In this document: positions 26,638 to 35,922 of the stretch, one piece after another
Numbering within the stretch: position 1 is the stretch's first letter
Layout of the letters: every line of letters begins with the position of its first letter
DNA from: Candidatus Poribacteria bacterium
Lineage (GTDB): Bacteria > Poribacteria > WGA-4E > WGA-3G
Direction of reading: 5' to 3'
Length of the DNA: 64,000 bases
NCBI GenBank assembly: GCA_965205015.1
Contig: OZ242029.1
Span: 1,216,001 to 1,280,000, forward strand
The notes under the pieces: generated by a model
Told to the model about the DNA's origin: nothing
What the model saw: only the letters and a program-made list of their open reading frames with translations
The model's database searches: none
Translations under genes and position numbers: made by a program

Positions 26638-29259
26638 ATGCCGAATACGCCATTTCGGAAATATAAAAGAAAAGAGTGGAAGAGTGGAAGAGTAGAAGAG
26701 TGGAAGAGGGGTGGGTGTCCATCCCTCCATCCTTCCATCCTTCCATCCAGTCTTCTCGTCATAGCGATCTTTCTCCTAACGATTGGTTTCGCATACGCCC
26801 AGGTGCAACCCACCCTGACGGCTGTCTTCCCACAAGGCGGTCAGCAGGGACGCAGCGTAGACGTCACACTCACAGGCACAAATCTCGGCACAGCAACAGC
26901 GGTGTGGTTCAGTGGGAAGGGTATCACCGCGGAAATTAAAGAAAAAACGGGGCAAGCTGCTGTCGTTTTCAACGGTGCTGGTGTTTCCGGAAGTATTCCG
27001 AGCGACACGCAGTTGGTCGCATCGCTAACGATTGCCAGCGACGCACCGTTAGGTATCCAACAGATACGCGCCGTTACCCCGTATGGTGTCTCCAATGCTG
27101 GCAGCTTCGTTGTTGGAAATCTACGAGAAATCATTGAAGAAGAGACAGAGGCATCGGCGTCGGAAACCTCGTCCACAATGGAAACCGACTGGCTGGCGCT
27201 GCCGGTTACCGTGAACGGCACAATCGCTTCAATTGACGATGAAGACAGTTTTACCTTTCAAGTGAAAAAGGATACGCGGCTTATCTGTGAAGTGGCAGCA
27301 CAGCAAATAGGTTCGCTGTTGGATTCCTACCTCGTTCTCCGCGATACCAATGGGACTGAGGTCGCCAACAGTGGTCTCGGTAACGCCTTTGACTCCGTTT
27401 TGGACTACACAGCACCTGAAACTGGGAAATACACGCTCCACATTCGCGATATTCGTTACAAAGGCGGAGATGGGTACGCCTATCGCTTGAGTATCGGTGA
27501 ATTACCCTATCTTGAGACGATCTTTCCCCTCGGTGGGCAACGCGGTACCGAGAATACAGTTACCGTCACTGGCGCGAACCTGGAGACGGTAGAATCCATA
27601 CAGGTTTCAATCGGTGCTGAAACACCGGCAGGCGAACAATCTTTGAGAGTCCAGACGCCTTCCGGGTTGGCAACCAATCCACATCCGTTCACTATCGGAA
27701 ATTGGACGGAAATGGTGGAGACCGAGCCGAATAACACAACTGGGAATGCGAATGCCGTAACGACACCGATAACGCTCAACGGAAAAATCGACACATCCGG
27801 CGATGTCGACTATTTTTCGTTTGAGATTAAAGAACCGCAACTCCTCGTTTTTGAGGTAGAGGCACTTAACCTGTCATCAAAACTTGATGCATTACTCACG
27901 CTCTACGGTCCAGGAAAACCGATGGAAGCCTCCGAAGAAATGGGAAATAAAGGGCAAGGTTGGGAAACCTCGCCAGCGGAACAGGTGCTGATGGTAAACG
28001 ACGATGCCACCAATGCCGATGCCCGTATTGACTGGAATTTTGAAGCAGCTGGAAAGTACTCTATCGCCATTCGGGATCTAAACAATCAAGGCGGTGAAAC
28101 TTATCCGTACCGATTAAACATCCGTCCGTTGGAACCCGACTGCCAACTCAGTGTAGTTGCCCTTGACATTCGGAATCGTCCGACCGCCATGGATAACCCG
28201 CGCGTTAGCAGAGGCAGCAGCGTTACATTGCAGATTAATGTTACGCGTCTCGACCAATTTGCGGGTCCAATTCGCTTACTTTGTCCAGACCTTCCGAGAA
28301 CATTCGATGTGAGTCCGACGATTGTCGGAGCAAACCAAAACCGGGCGATGCTTACGATAACGGCACCATCGGATGCACCACTCGGACTCATGCCGGTCTC
28401 CATCGTTGGGGTTTGTGCCGTCGGGGGTCGCCAGATAGAGCGCACTGCCACTCCGTCTCCGATCCTGCTGACCGTAATGGATGCGCCGGAATTCACACTG
28501 ACGCTCGCAGAGATCGGTTTAAGCACTGTGCACAACAAAACCGTTGACCTCCACGTGACAGCAACACGTCGCGATGACTTCGTCGGTCCGATCGCATTAT
28601 CGGTATCCGGACTTCCAAATCGTGTTTCAGCACTTCCTGACCCTGTTTCTAAAAAACCTGTCACGATTTCGGAAGGCGAAACAGAAGCGATGATTTTGGT
28701 TAAAGCTGGGACTTTTGAACGGAGAGAGGAATTTTCCGTCTTGCCGATACCCGGTACAAATTATATCTCGGTTACCGGAACGTCGACTGTCAATGGCGAG
28801 ACGGTGAAACAATCGACTCCTGCCATCCCTTTGACGATCGTCGAGGCCCCCTTTATTGTAACGGTTGAACCCCTGCGCTTTAGCATTGTCTTCCCTGCAA
28901 CGGCACCCCCAGGGTCTGAAGTCGAGACAGTCGCACTTACGGAAACCAATCCAGCGACGGACACCGAAACAGCAAAAGCCGAAGATCCGCGAACAAAGGA
29001 AGCGATATTGACGTTAACGATCGTCCGGCAAGGCGGCTTCACAGATGAAATCACGTTGACGCCGATCGATGTCCCAGAAGGCTTTACCACAGAGGCGGTT
29101 ACCATCCCAGCAAACGAGACGGAGGCAAAAGTCCCACTAAAAGCACTCAGCTCTTTAACGCCGGAGACATACGAGTTTAAATTCCGAGGCGCTGTGACGA
29201 TTAACGATACACCCTTTGAACAGGATAGTCCTATCGTCAAGGTAAAGATTATCCATTAA
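26638..29259 (+). CDS. Planctomycete-type PPC (pre-peptidase C-terminal) domain / Ig-like secreted protein
   Basis: VFPQGGQQG, LPVTVNG.I..DED, ETEPNN, D.DYF.F, LD..L.L motifs; no catalytic protease motif seen. Confidence 0.85.
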   Translation: MPNTPFRKYKRKEWKSGRVEEWKRGGCPSLHPSILPSSLLVIAIFLLTIGFAYAQVQPTLTAVFPQGGQQGRSVDVTLTGTNLGTATAVWFSGKGITAEIKEKTGQAAVVFNGAGVSGSIPSDTQLVASLTIASDAPLGIQQIRAVTPYGVSNAGSFVVGNLREIIEEETEASASETSSTMETDWLALPVTVNGTIASIDDEDSFTFQVKKDTRLICEVAAQQIGSLLDSYLVLRDTNGTEVANSGLGNAFDSVLDYTAPETGKYTLHIRDIRYKGGDGYAYRLSIGELPYLETIFPLGGQRGTENTVTVTGANLETVESIQVSIGAETPAGEQSLRVQTPSGLATNPHPFTIGNWTEMVETEPNNTTGNANAVTTPITLNGKIDTSGDVDYFSFEIKEPQLLVFEVEALNLSSKLDALLTLYGPGKPMEASEEMGNKGQGWETSPAEQVLMVNDDATNADARIDWNFEAAGKYSIAIRDLNNQGGETYPYRLNIRPLEPDCQLSVVALDIRNRPTAMDNPRVSRGSSVTLQINVTRLDQFAGPIRLLCPDLPRTFDVSPTIVGANQNRAMLTITAPSDAPLGLMPVSIVGVCAVGGRQIERTATPSPILLTVMDAPEFTLTLAEIGLSTVHNKTVDLHVTATRRDDFVGPIALSVSGLPNRVSALPDPVSKKPVTISEGETEAMILVKAGTFERREEFSVLPIPGTNYISVTGTSTVNGETVKQSTPAIPLTIVEAPFIVTVEPLRFSIVFPATAPPGSEVETVALTETNPATDTETAKAEDPRTKEAILTLTIVRQGGFTDEITLTPIDVPEGFTTEAVTIPANETEAKVPLKALSSLTPETYEFKFRGAVTINDTPFEQDSPIVKVKIIH

Positions 29260-29291
29260 TTGGTTATCAGTTATCGGTTATCGGTCATCAG

Positions 29292-29374
29292 GGGGCAGGC
29301 ACGAGACCTGCCCCTACATTCGGGCAGGCATAAGACCCTACATTCGGGCAGGCACAAGACCTGCCCCTACATTC
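29292..29374. repeat. Three tandem GTAG-type REP-like units (gggcaggcacaagacctgcccctacattc)
   Basis: Units at 29292, 29322 (internally deleted) and 29346. Confidence 0.85.
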
Positions 29375-29382
29375 ATATCTGA

Positions 29383-30552
<1,170 letters not shown>

Positions 30553-30630
30553 CCAGGCAGCGCTCCGCATCTTTTGAGACATAGGCAAGATGCATTAGAC
30601 ATAAAACAGCGGAAGAAGCTTGTGCGAACG

Positions 30631-31395
30631 TTAAAACTCTCCAACCACCTCCGCATTTTCGGTACTGACTCGCAAAAAGTTCGCATCAATATTTGTTATT
30701 CTGACTTCAGATAAGGTAAGTGCCGAAGTTTTGACCTCTATCACTTCAAACGTGACGGTTGCCAAAGTGCCATCCCCCTGGCTCCCGCCATCCAGAGAGG
30801 TCGCCGCAAGCGTGACTTGATTCTCACTAACCAGCGGCGGAATGACAAAAGTGCCTGGTGGCAGATAGTCAGCATTGCCGCCAGAGACATAACGGAGGGC
30901 AGTCGCATCGAACTGGAGCGTCAGCTGATAACCTGCGGTGTCCTCGCCCCCGGTAATGTTGATGTCAAGAACGAGTTGCTCACCCGGTGGGGGCGATTTC
31001 ACCGAAGCGGGGAAGATGCTCACCGTCACGCTTGAAAAGGACTCAAGTGCCGGAGGCGTAACGGTGTAATTAAGCGTCTGAGTCCCATCAGTCCACGTGA
31101 TAGTGATAGGAAGTGCTCCGGGTGCGAAGGGACCATTGATAGTAACCGTTTTACCAGCAATGATAATTTTTCCGGTCTTAGCAAAACCGGTATCCACTTT
31201 TACATCCTCAGGGATATTGTCAAACGTCACCGTGATAATGCTGTTTGGTTCAATGTCGCCGTCGGATGGATTTGCGCTAACGAATGCTGCGGTCGGAATC
31301 TCTTGAACTTCCTCTTTATCCTCGCCACATCCACCCACGTAAACTGTGAGCAGGACAGCCATTATTAGCCTGAGTCTTCTGAAAAAAAGGTCCAT
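30631..31395 (-). CDS. Lipoprotein with Ig-like domain and C-terminal cohesin-like domain
   Basis: VGGC lipobox; AGYQLTLQFDATALRY..GDGTLATVTFEV cohesin-type motif. Confidence 0.75.
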   Translation of the reverse strand: MDLFFRRLRLIMAVLLTVYVGGCGEDKEEVQEIPTAAFVSANPSDGDIEPNSIITVTFDNIPEDVKVDTGFAKTGKIIIAGKTVTINGPFAPGALPITITWTDGTQTLNYTVTPPALESFSSVTVSIFPASVKSPPPGEQLVLDINITGGEDTAGYQLTLQFDATALRYVSGGNADYLPPGTFVIPPLVSENQVTLAATSLDGGSQGDGTLATVTFEVIEVKTSALTLSEVRITNIDANFLRVSTENAEVVGEF

Positions 31396-31440
31396 AAGTA
31401 TTATAACTCCTCATGGTAACATCGAAAAATATTCAACAAC

Positions 31441-31830
31441 GGGAATACCAAATAGATTCACACAAATCATCTCATAACTGACGTAGCGTCATTCAGTTCT
31501 TTCGTATACACAAATTCTGACCGAAAATAACGCGTGCTGCTATGGGGCACACATCCTATTTTCGAATGAGCAGCTTCCGCGTGGCAGCGAAATCTTCTGC
31601 TGTGAGTGTGTAGAAATACACACCACTCGCAACAGACTCACCCAGTTGGTTTCTGCCGTCCCAATACGCTGCTCGACTCCGAGACTCATAGATACCCGCA
31701 GCCTGATGCCCTAATACCAGCGTCCGAACCAAACGACCATCAGCTGCATAGATCCGTACTGTTACATTCGCAGACGCTGACAAGTGATACGGAATCCACG
31801 TCTCCGGGTTGAACGGATTGGGATAGTTCG
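31441..31830. repeat. Duplicated block, copy A (intergenic region plus gene 3' end); copy B starts at 35533
   Basis: Near-identical sequence at an offset of 4092 bp. Confidence 0.9.
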
Positions 31831-34786
31831 GCAAGAGTACTGTCTCTGTCGGCGTTAGGATCGCAAGGAGCTGCTCGAGAACCAGGAACCCACGCTGATA
31901 TATTAGACCTGTGAGGTTTTGTTGCCGGGCAAGTTGAAGCCACTCGTGCACTTCTGCCGCAGTGAATAGATTAACAATGGCTTCCGAATGCAGTGACGGC
32001 GCAGCATTCCCCTGTTCGATCGCTGCCGCAATGAGCAGTAAATCCGCCGCATCTATTATACCATTGCCATTCATATCCGCTGTATTCTCGCCCGTCTGAC
32101 CCAGACGATCCGCAGCTGCAACCATATCTTCAAGATTCACAATACCATCTTCGTTGACATCTCCCGCAAGCCGGGCGGGTTCTACCTCTTCCGGGTTTTC
32201 AATCCGAACCTCTAAAAAGTCGGCATTGCTGTCAGCCAACTTCGCAGCTGATAACCGCGGTAGTGAAGGGTTAGCGGCGATCACTTCAAATGTGACAGTC
32301 GCAAGCGTCCCACTCCCTTCACTACCACCGCTCAGAGATGTCGCCGCAAGTGTCACGTGATTGCCACTCACCGATGCCGGAACAACAAAAGCCCCTCCAG
32401 GTAGATAATCGGCGTTCGCACTTGAGATATACCGTAGCGCGGAAACATCGAACTCAATTGTTATCTGATATCCCGCAATATCTACACCCCCTGCAATTGT
32501 GACTGGCAGCGTCAAACGATCCCCTATAGCTGCTGGCGGTATCGAAAGCGGGAGACTGACTGTCGCAACATCCTCTCTAACAGAAAATACATCTGGCACC
32601 TGCACTATGCTACCCGTCTCAACCCGGAACGTCTGTTTTGTGATGCTCCCATGCACATCAATTACCTGAAGCGTGACTTCCTGACCTACCTCCACTTGGG
32701 GTTCAACAAACTCAACGGTGATACTTGTTTTACCGTCTAACGCCTGACTCCCATGCAGTTTGAGACCGCCAACTGGTTCCCCAGTCGTCGTTGGAATCAG
32801 CAGCTGCGCTCGATGTAACCCATTCGCATCTGTTACCTTACACTTGAATCCAGACGCACTGGACGAGAACAACTCAAACGTTGTTTCTTGGTCGCGTTCA
32901 GTTTGAGACGGATTGAAATAAGGGTGGACTGACAACCACTCGGCGGCATCCTGTGACAGCCGGACTTGGCTGCCATACGCCATGAGGTAATTATCGTCCC
33001 GGAAATCGTGTTCTAAGCTGAACGTGTGACCGAGTTCATGCGCCGTCACATACAAGTTAAAGCATCTACCGGAGGCAGGAATCACAGCAAAGCCGCCCGA
33101 ATCTCGCCGCCACGTTTTGTTGTCCCGTGAGATCCAATTGCCGCCCCCTATACCGCAGACGTCATTTTGATTCCCGTCGTTCACGAATTCACTACTGACA
33201 TCTACCGCAGCAAGATAGATATGCTTCGAGATATCAAACTGTTCCTGGATCTCTCCTCGGACCCTGTTAAACGTGTGATCCTGATAGTAAGCATCGGTGT
33301 TCCGTCCATTTATGTGATGTACGACAGCCTTGCCAGCCCCATCAGTTTCAAAGGTAAAGGTTTTTTGCATCTGTGTGGCATAGAAGGACTGGACATCCCT
33401 TATTAGCGTATCCAATTGCGCGTTTATATCTTGTCGGCGTGGGCGGTCGCTGGGACGAAAGTAGACGAGCCGAATGTTATCTCGCTTAAGTTGCGCTGAT
33501 CCAAGAACCTCACCGTTTTCAGTACTCACCGATAAAAAGTCGGCATTAACATCTGTCAGTTTGACCTCAGATAAGGTCAGCATCGAGGATTTGACGCTAA
33601 TGACCTCAAACGTGACGGACGCTAATGTGCCATCTCCTTGGCTCCCACCATTCACAGATGTCGCTGCAAATGTCACCTGATTCCCCTTAACAACCGGTGG
33701 GACGACAAAGGCACCTGCTGGGAGATAACTCCCGTTCGTACTTGAGACATAGCGGAGCGCAGTGGTATCAAACCGCACCGTTGCCTGATAGCCTGCGACG
33801 CTTTCACCCCCGGTAATGTTGAGATTGAGGACGAGCTGCCCACCGAGTGCAGGAGACTGGATCGGAGAAGGGGAAACGCTTACGATAGCGGTGCCAGCCC
33901 TGTCGGGCTGAGTGTCCCTCGAGATTGTTGCAATCTCGCCGTTTCCACCCACTGGCGTTGTAAGACGCCCGTGCTCGGTTAGCCAATTGGCAATAAATTC
34001 AATGACCCCACTTGCGCGTGGATCCTCACCGTCCCAGTTGGGTTGCATTTTTTGCCACATCGCGGCGATAATTCCGCCGTGTGTTTTATTAACAGCGACA
34101 GCCGGATCAGCGGTGTGCGTCCCATCGTCTGAGACAGCGAAAGGGATAACTTCCCAATCTGTGCCGTTGAACTGCTCAAGATTCCACGGCCTATGGGATC
34201 CAAACGCCTTTAATGATGGCAGATATTTTTTCCCTATCTCCGTCGGGAACATGAATATCCCGGGACGATTCCCTGGCGGCCAGAAATGGAGCAGAGGGAT
34301 ATCAAAGACATTCGCAGCACCTGCTTCAAAATTATCAGCACTCCGCAAGCCGCCTTCATAGCTCATAAACAAGATATAGTCCGCGACGTTAATGAAAACG
34401 TTGCCATCTTCAATGAACTTTTCGATGTTGGAACCGTCCGGGTGGGCGTTCGGGAATTGATAAATCGCGCTCGGTGAGGTCCCGGACGCAGCAATAAAGA
34501 CATCCTGTTGTCCGTTTCCGGTATGCGCTTGCATCCATCTGCCCAACGCGGAATTGTAACCGACTTCATCGCCATCCCCATAGTTTTCAATGTTTTCAAA
34601 AATGGCTTTCATCCGAGCATCGTTCATGATTGCCTCAGCATTTGCGAGGGCAGCCTCTTGTGAAATCCAATCGGGATTCGTGGGCCCCGAATAGATAGCA
34701 AGGTCCGCGGCAGAGGCATTTGTCAAAGCAAGTGTCAAAAACGATAAACTGAGCACTGAGAGTAGAGAAAGCCGTTTCATGATCAT
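31556..34786 (-). CDS. Secreted multidomain protein: N-terminal domain, cohesin, metzincin-like Zn peptidase, cohesin, dockerin, FlgD/T9SS-CTD-like tail
   Basis: HELGHTFSLEH plus YLM Met-turn; two cohesin-like repeats; GDVNEDGIVN..DMNGNGIID dockerin; YPNPFNPETWIPY tail. Confidence 0.8.
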   Translation of the reverse strand: MIMKRLSLLSVLSLSFLTLALTNASAADLAIYSGPTNPDWISQEAALANAEAIMNDARMKAIFENIENYGDGDEVGYNSALGRWMQAHTGNGQQDVFIAASGTSPSAIYQFPNAHPDGSNIEKFIEDGNVFINVADYILFMSYEGGLRSADNFEAGAANVFDIPLLHFWPPGNRPGIFMFPTEIGKKYLPSLKAFGSHRPWNLEQFNGTDWEVIPFAVSDDGTHTADPAVAVNKTHGGIIAAMWQKMQPNWDGEDPRASGVIEFIANWLTEHGRLTTPVGGNGEIATISRDTQPDRAGTAIVSVSPSPIQSPALGGQLVLNLNITGGESVAGYQATVRFDTTALRYVSSTNGSYLPAGAFVVPPVVKGNQVTFAATSVNGGSQGDGTLASVTFEVISVKSSMLTLSEVKLTDVNADFLSVSTENGEVLGSAQLKRDNIRLVYFRPSDRPRRQDINAQLDTLIRDVQSFYATQMQKTFTFETDGAGKAVVHHINGRNTDAYYQDHTFNRVRGEIQEQFDISKHIYLAAVDVSSEFVNDGNQNDVCGIGGGNWISRDNKTWRRDSGGFAVIPASGRCFNLYVTAHELGHTFSLEHDFRDDNYLMAYGSQVRLSQDAAEWLSVHPYFNPSQTERDQETTFELFSSSASGFKCKVTDANGLHRAQLLIPTTTGEPVGGLKLHGSQALDGKTSITVEFVEPQVEVGQEVTLQVIDVHGSITKQTFRVETGSIVQVPDVFSVREDVATVSLPLSIPPAAIGDRLTLPVTIAGGVDIAGYQITIEFDVSALRYISSANADYLPGGAFVVPASVSGNHVTLAATSLSGGSEGSGTLATVTFEVIAANPSLPRLSAAKLADSNADFLEVRIENPEEVEPARLAGDVNEDGIVNLEDMVAAADRLGQTGENTADMNGNGIIDAADLLLIAAAIEQGNAAPSLHSEAIVNLFTAAEVHEWLQLARQQNLTGLIYQRGFLVLEQLLAILTPTETVLLPNYPNPFNPETWIPYHLSASANVTVRIYAADGRLVRTLVLGHQAAGIYESRSRAAYWDGRNQLGESVASGVYFYTLTAEDFAATRKLLIRK

Positions 34787-34833
34787 CGGGTATCCTTAAC
34801 GAGTTATAGACGTTCAAATAAACTTTACAACCT

Positions 34834-35508
34834 CTATCTTAGTATATCAAAGATTTGTCGGACAAAAGGGGCTTTATTCATTCCGCCGACGAACCGTCCA
34901 ATAATCTTTCCATTTCGGAACACGATGTAAGTGGGAATCGCCTCAATGCGATATTTTGCCGTCATTCGGGGATTAAAATCAACATCCAACACTGCAATAG
35001 TGAAGGTATCCTTGTTTTCCTTGGCAACTTCCTTGATGATAGGCTTCATAAACTTACACGGGGGACACCAATCTGCCGTAAAGTAGGCCATGACGGGTAG
35101 CGCGGAACCTTGCACGGTGCTCTCGAACGTCGCATCAGTTACATCGATCGGTCCATCAAGTGGAGCTGTCGAGGGCGCGACGGTTTGACCGAAGTATTTA
35201 GCGACTAACGTCAAATCTCGGATATTCACCTGTCCGTCTCTGTCAACATCGGGATTCGGAACCCCTTGATTCGGGCGTATGGTTTCATTAAAGTGCTTCC
35301 CAACAAGGGTCAAGTCTCGAATATCTATCTCGCCACTTCCGTCAACATCCGCGGCGGCTTTGAGGTCTTCTGCCGCATAAACCAAACGGCTGTTGTCCAA
35401 ACCGGTCCAAAGAATCAGTGATACACCGACGAGTAGCAGCCCACAAACAACTCTTGTGCGATAGGTTAAAACCGTGTGTCGCGTGGATATAGTGCTCAGG
35501 ATTTCCAT
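34834..35508 (-). CDS. Exported dockerin-thioredoxin fusion
   Basis: Signal/TM; DVDGSGEIDIRDL..DVDRDGQVNIRDL; WCPPC active site and IPT cis-Pro; start moved to the ATG with SD aaggag. Confidence 0.85.
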   Translation of the reverse strand: MEILSTISTRHTVLTYRTRVVCGLLLVGVSLILWTGLDNSRLVYAAEDLKAAADVDGSGEIDIRDLTLVGKHFNETIRPNQGVPNPDVDRDGQVNIRDLTLVAKYFGQTVAPSTAPLDGPIDVTDATFESTVQGSALPVMAYFTADWCPPCKFMKPIIKEVAKENKDTFTIAVLDVDFNPRMTAKYRIEAIPTYIVFRNGKIIGRFVGGMNKAPFVRQIFDILR

Positions 35509-35532
35509 AATTAATTCTCCTTTTGCAACAAT

Positions 35533-35922
35533 GGGAATACCAAATAGATTTACACAAATCATCTCATAACCAACGTAGCGTCATTCAGTTCTTTCGTATA
35601 CACAAATTCTGACCGAAAATAGCGCGTGCTGCTATGGGGCGAACATCCTACTTTCGAATGAGCAGCTTCCGCGTGGCAGCGAAATCACCTGCCGTGAGTG
35701 TGTAGAAGTAGATGCCACTGGCAACAGGTTCACCCAAACCGTTCCTGCCGTCCCAGTACGCCGCACGGCTCCGAGATTCATAGATACCCGCAGCTTGATG
35801 TCCTAACCATAACTTCCGAACTAATTTCCCATCTGCAGCATAAATGGAAATATGGACTGCCGCAGCGTGCGATAAATGATACGGGATCCACGTTTCCGGG
35901 TTGAACGGATTCGGATAGTTGG
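35533..35922. repeat. Duplicated block, copy B
   Basis: Matches 31441..31830. Confidence 0.9.

Noticed and set aside
29260-29374. Tandem ~29-bp units resembling a CRISPR array
   Set aside because: No unique spacers and no cas genes; the units are dispersed REP-like palindromes
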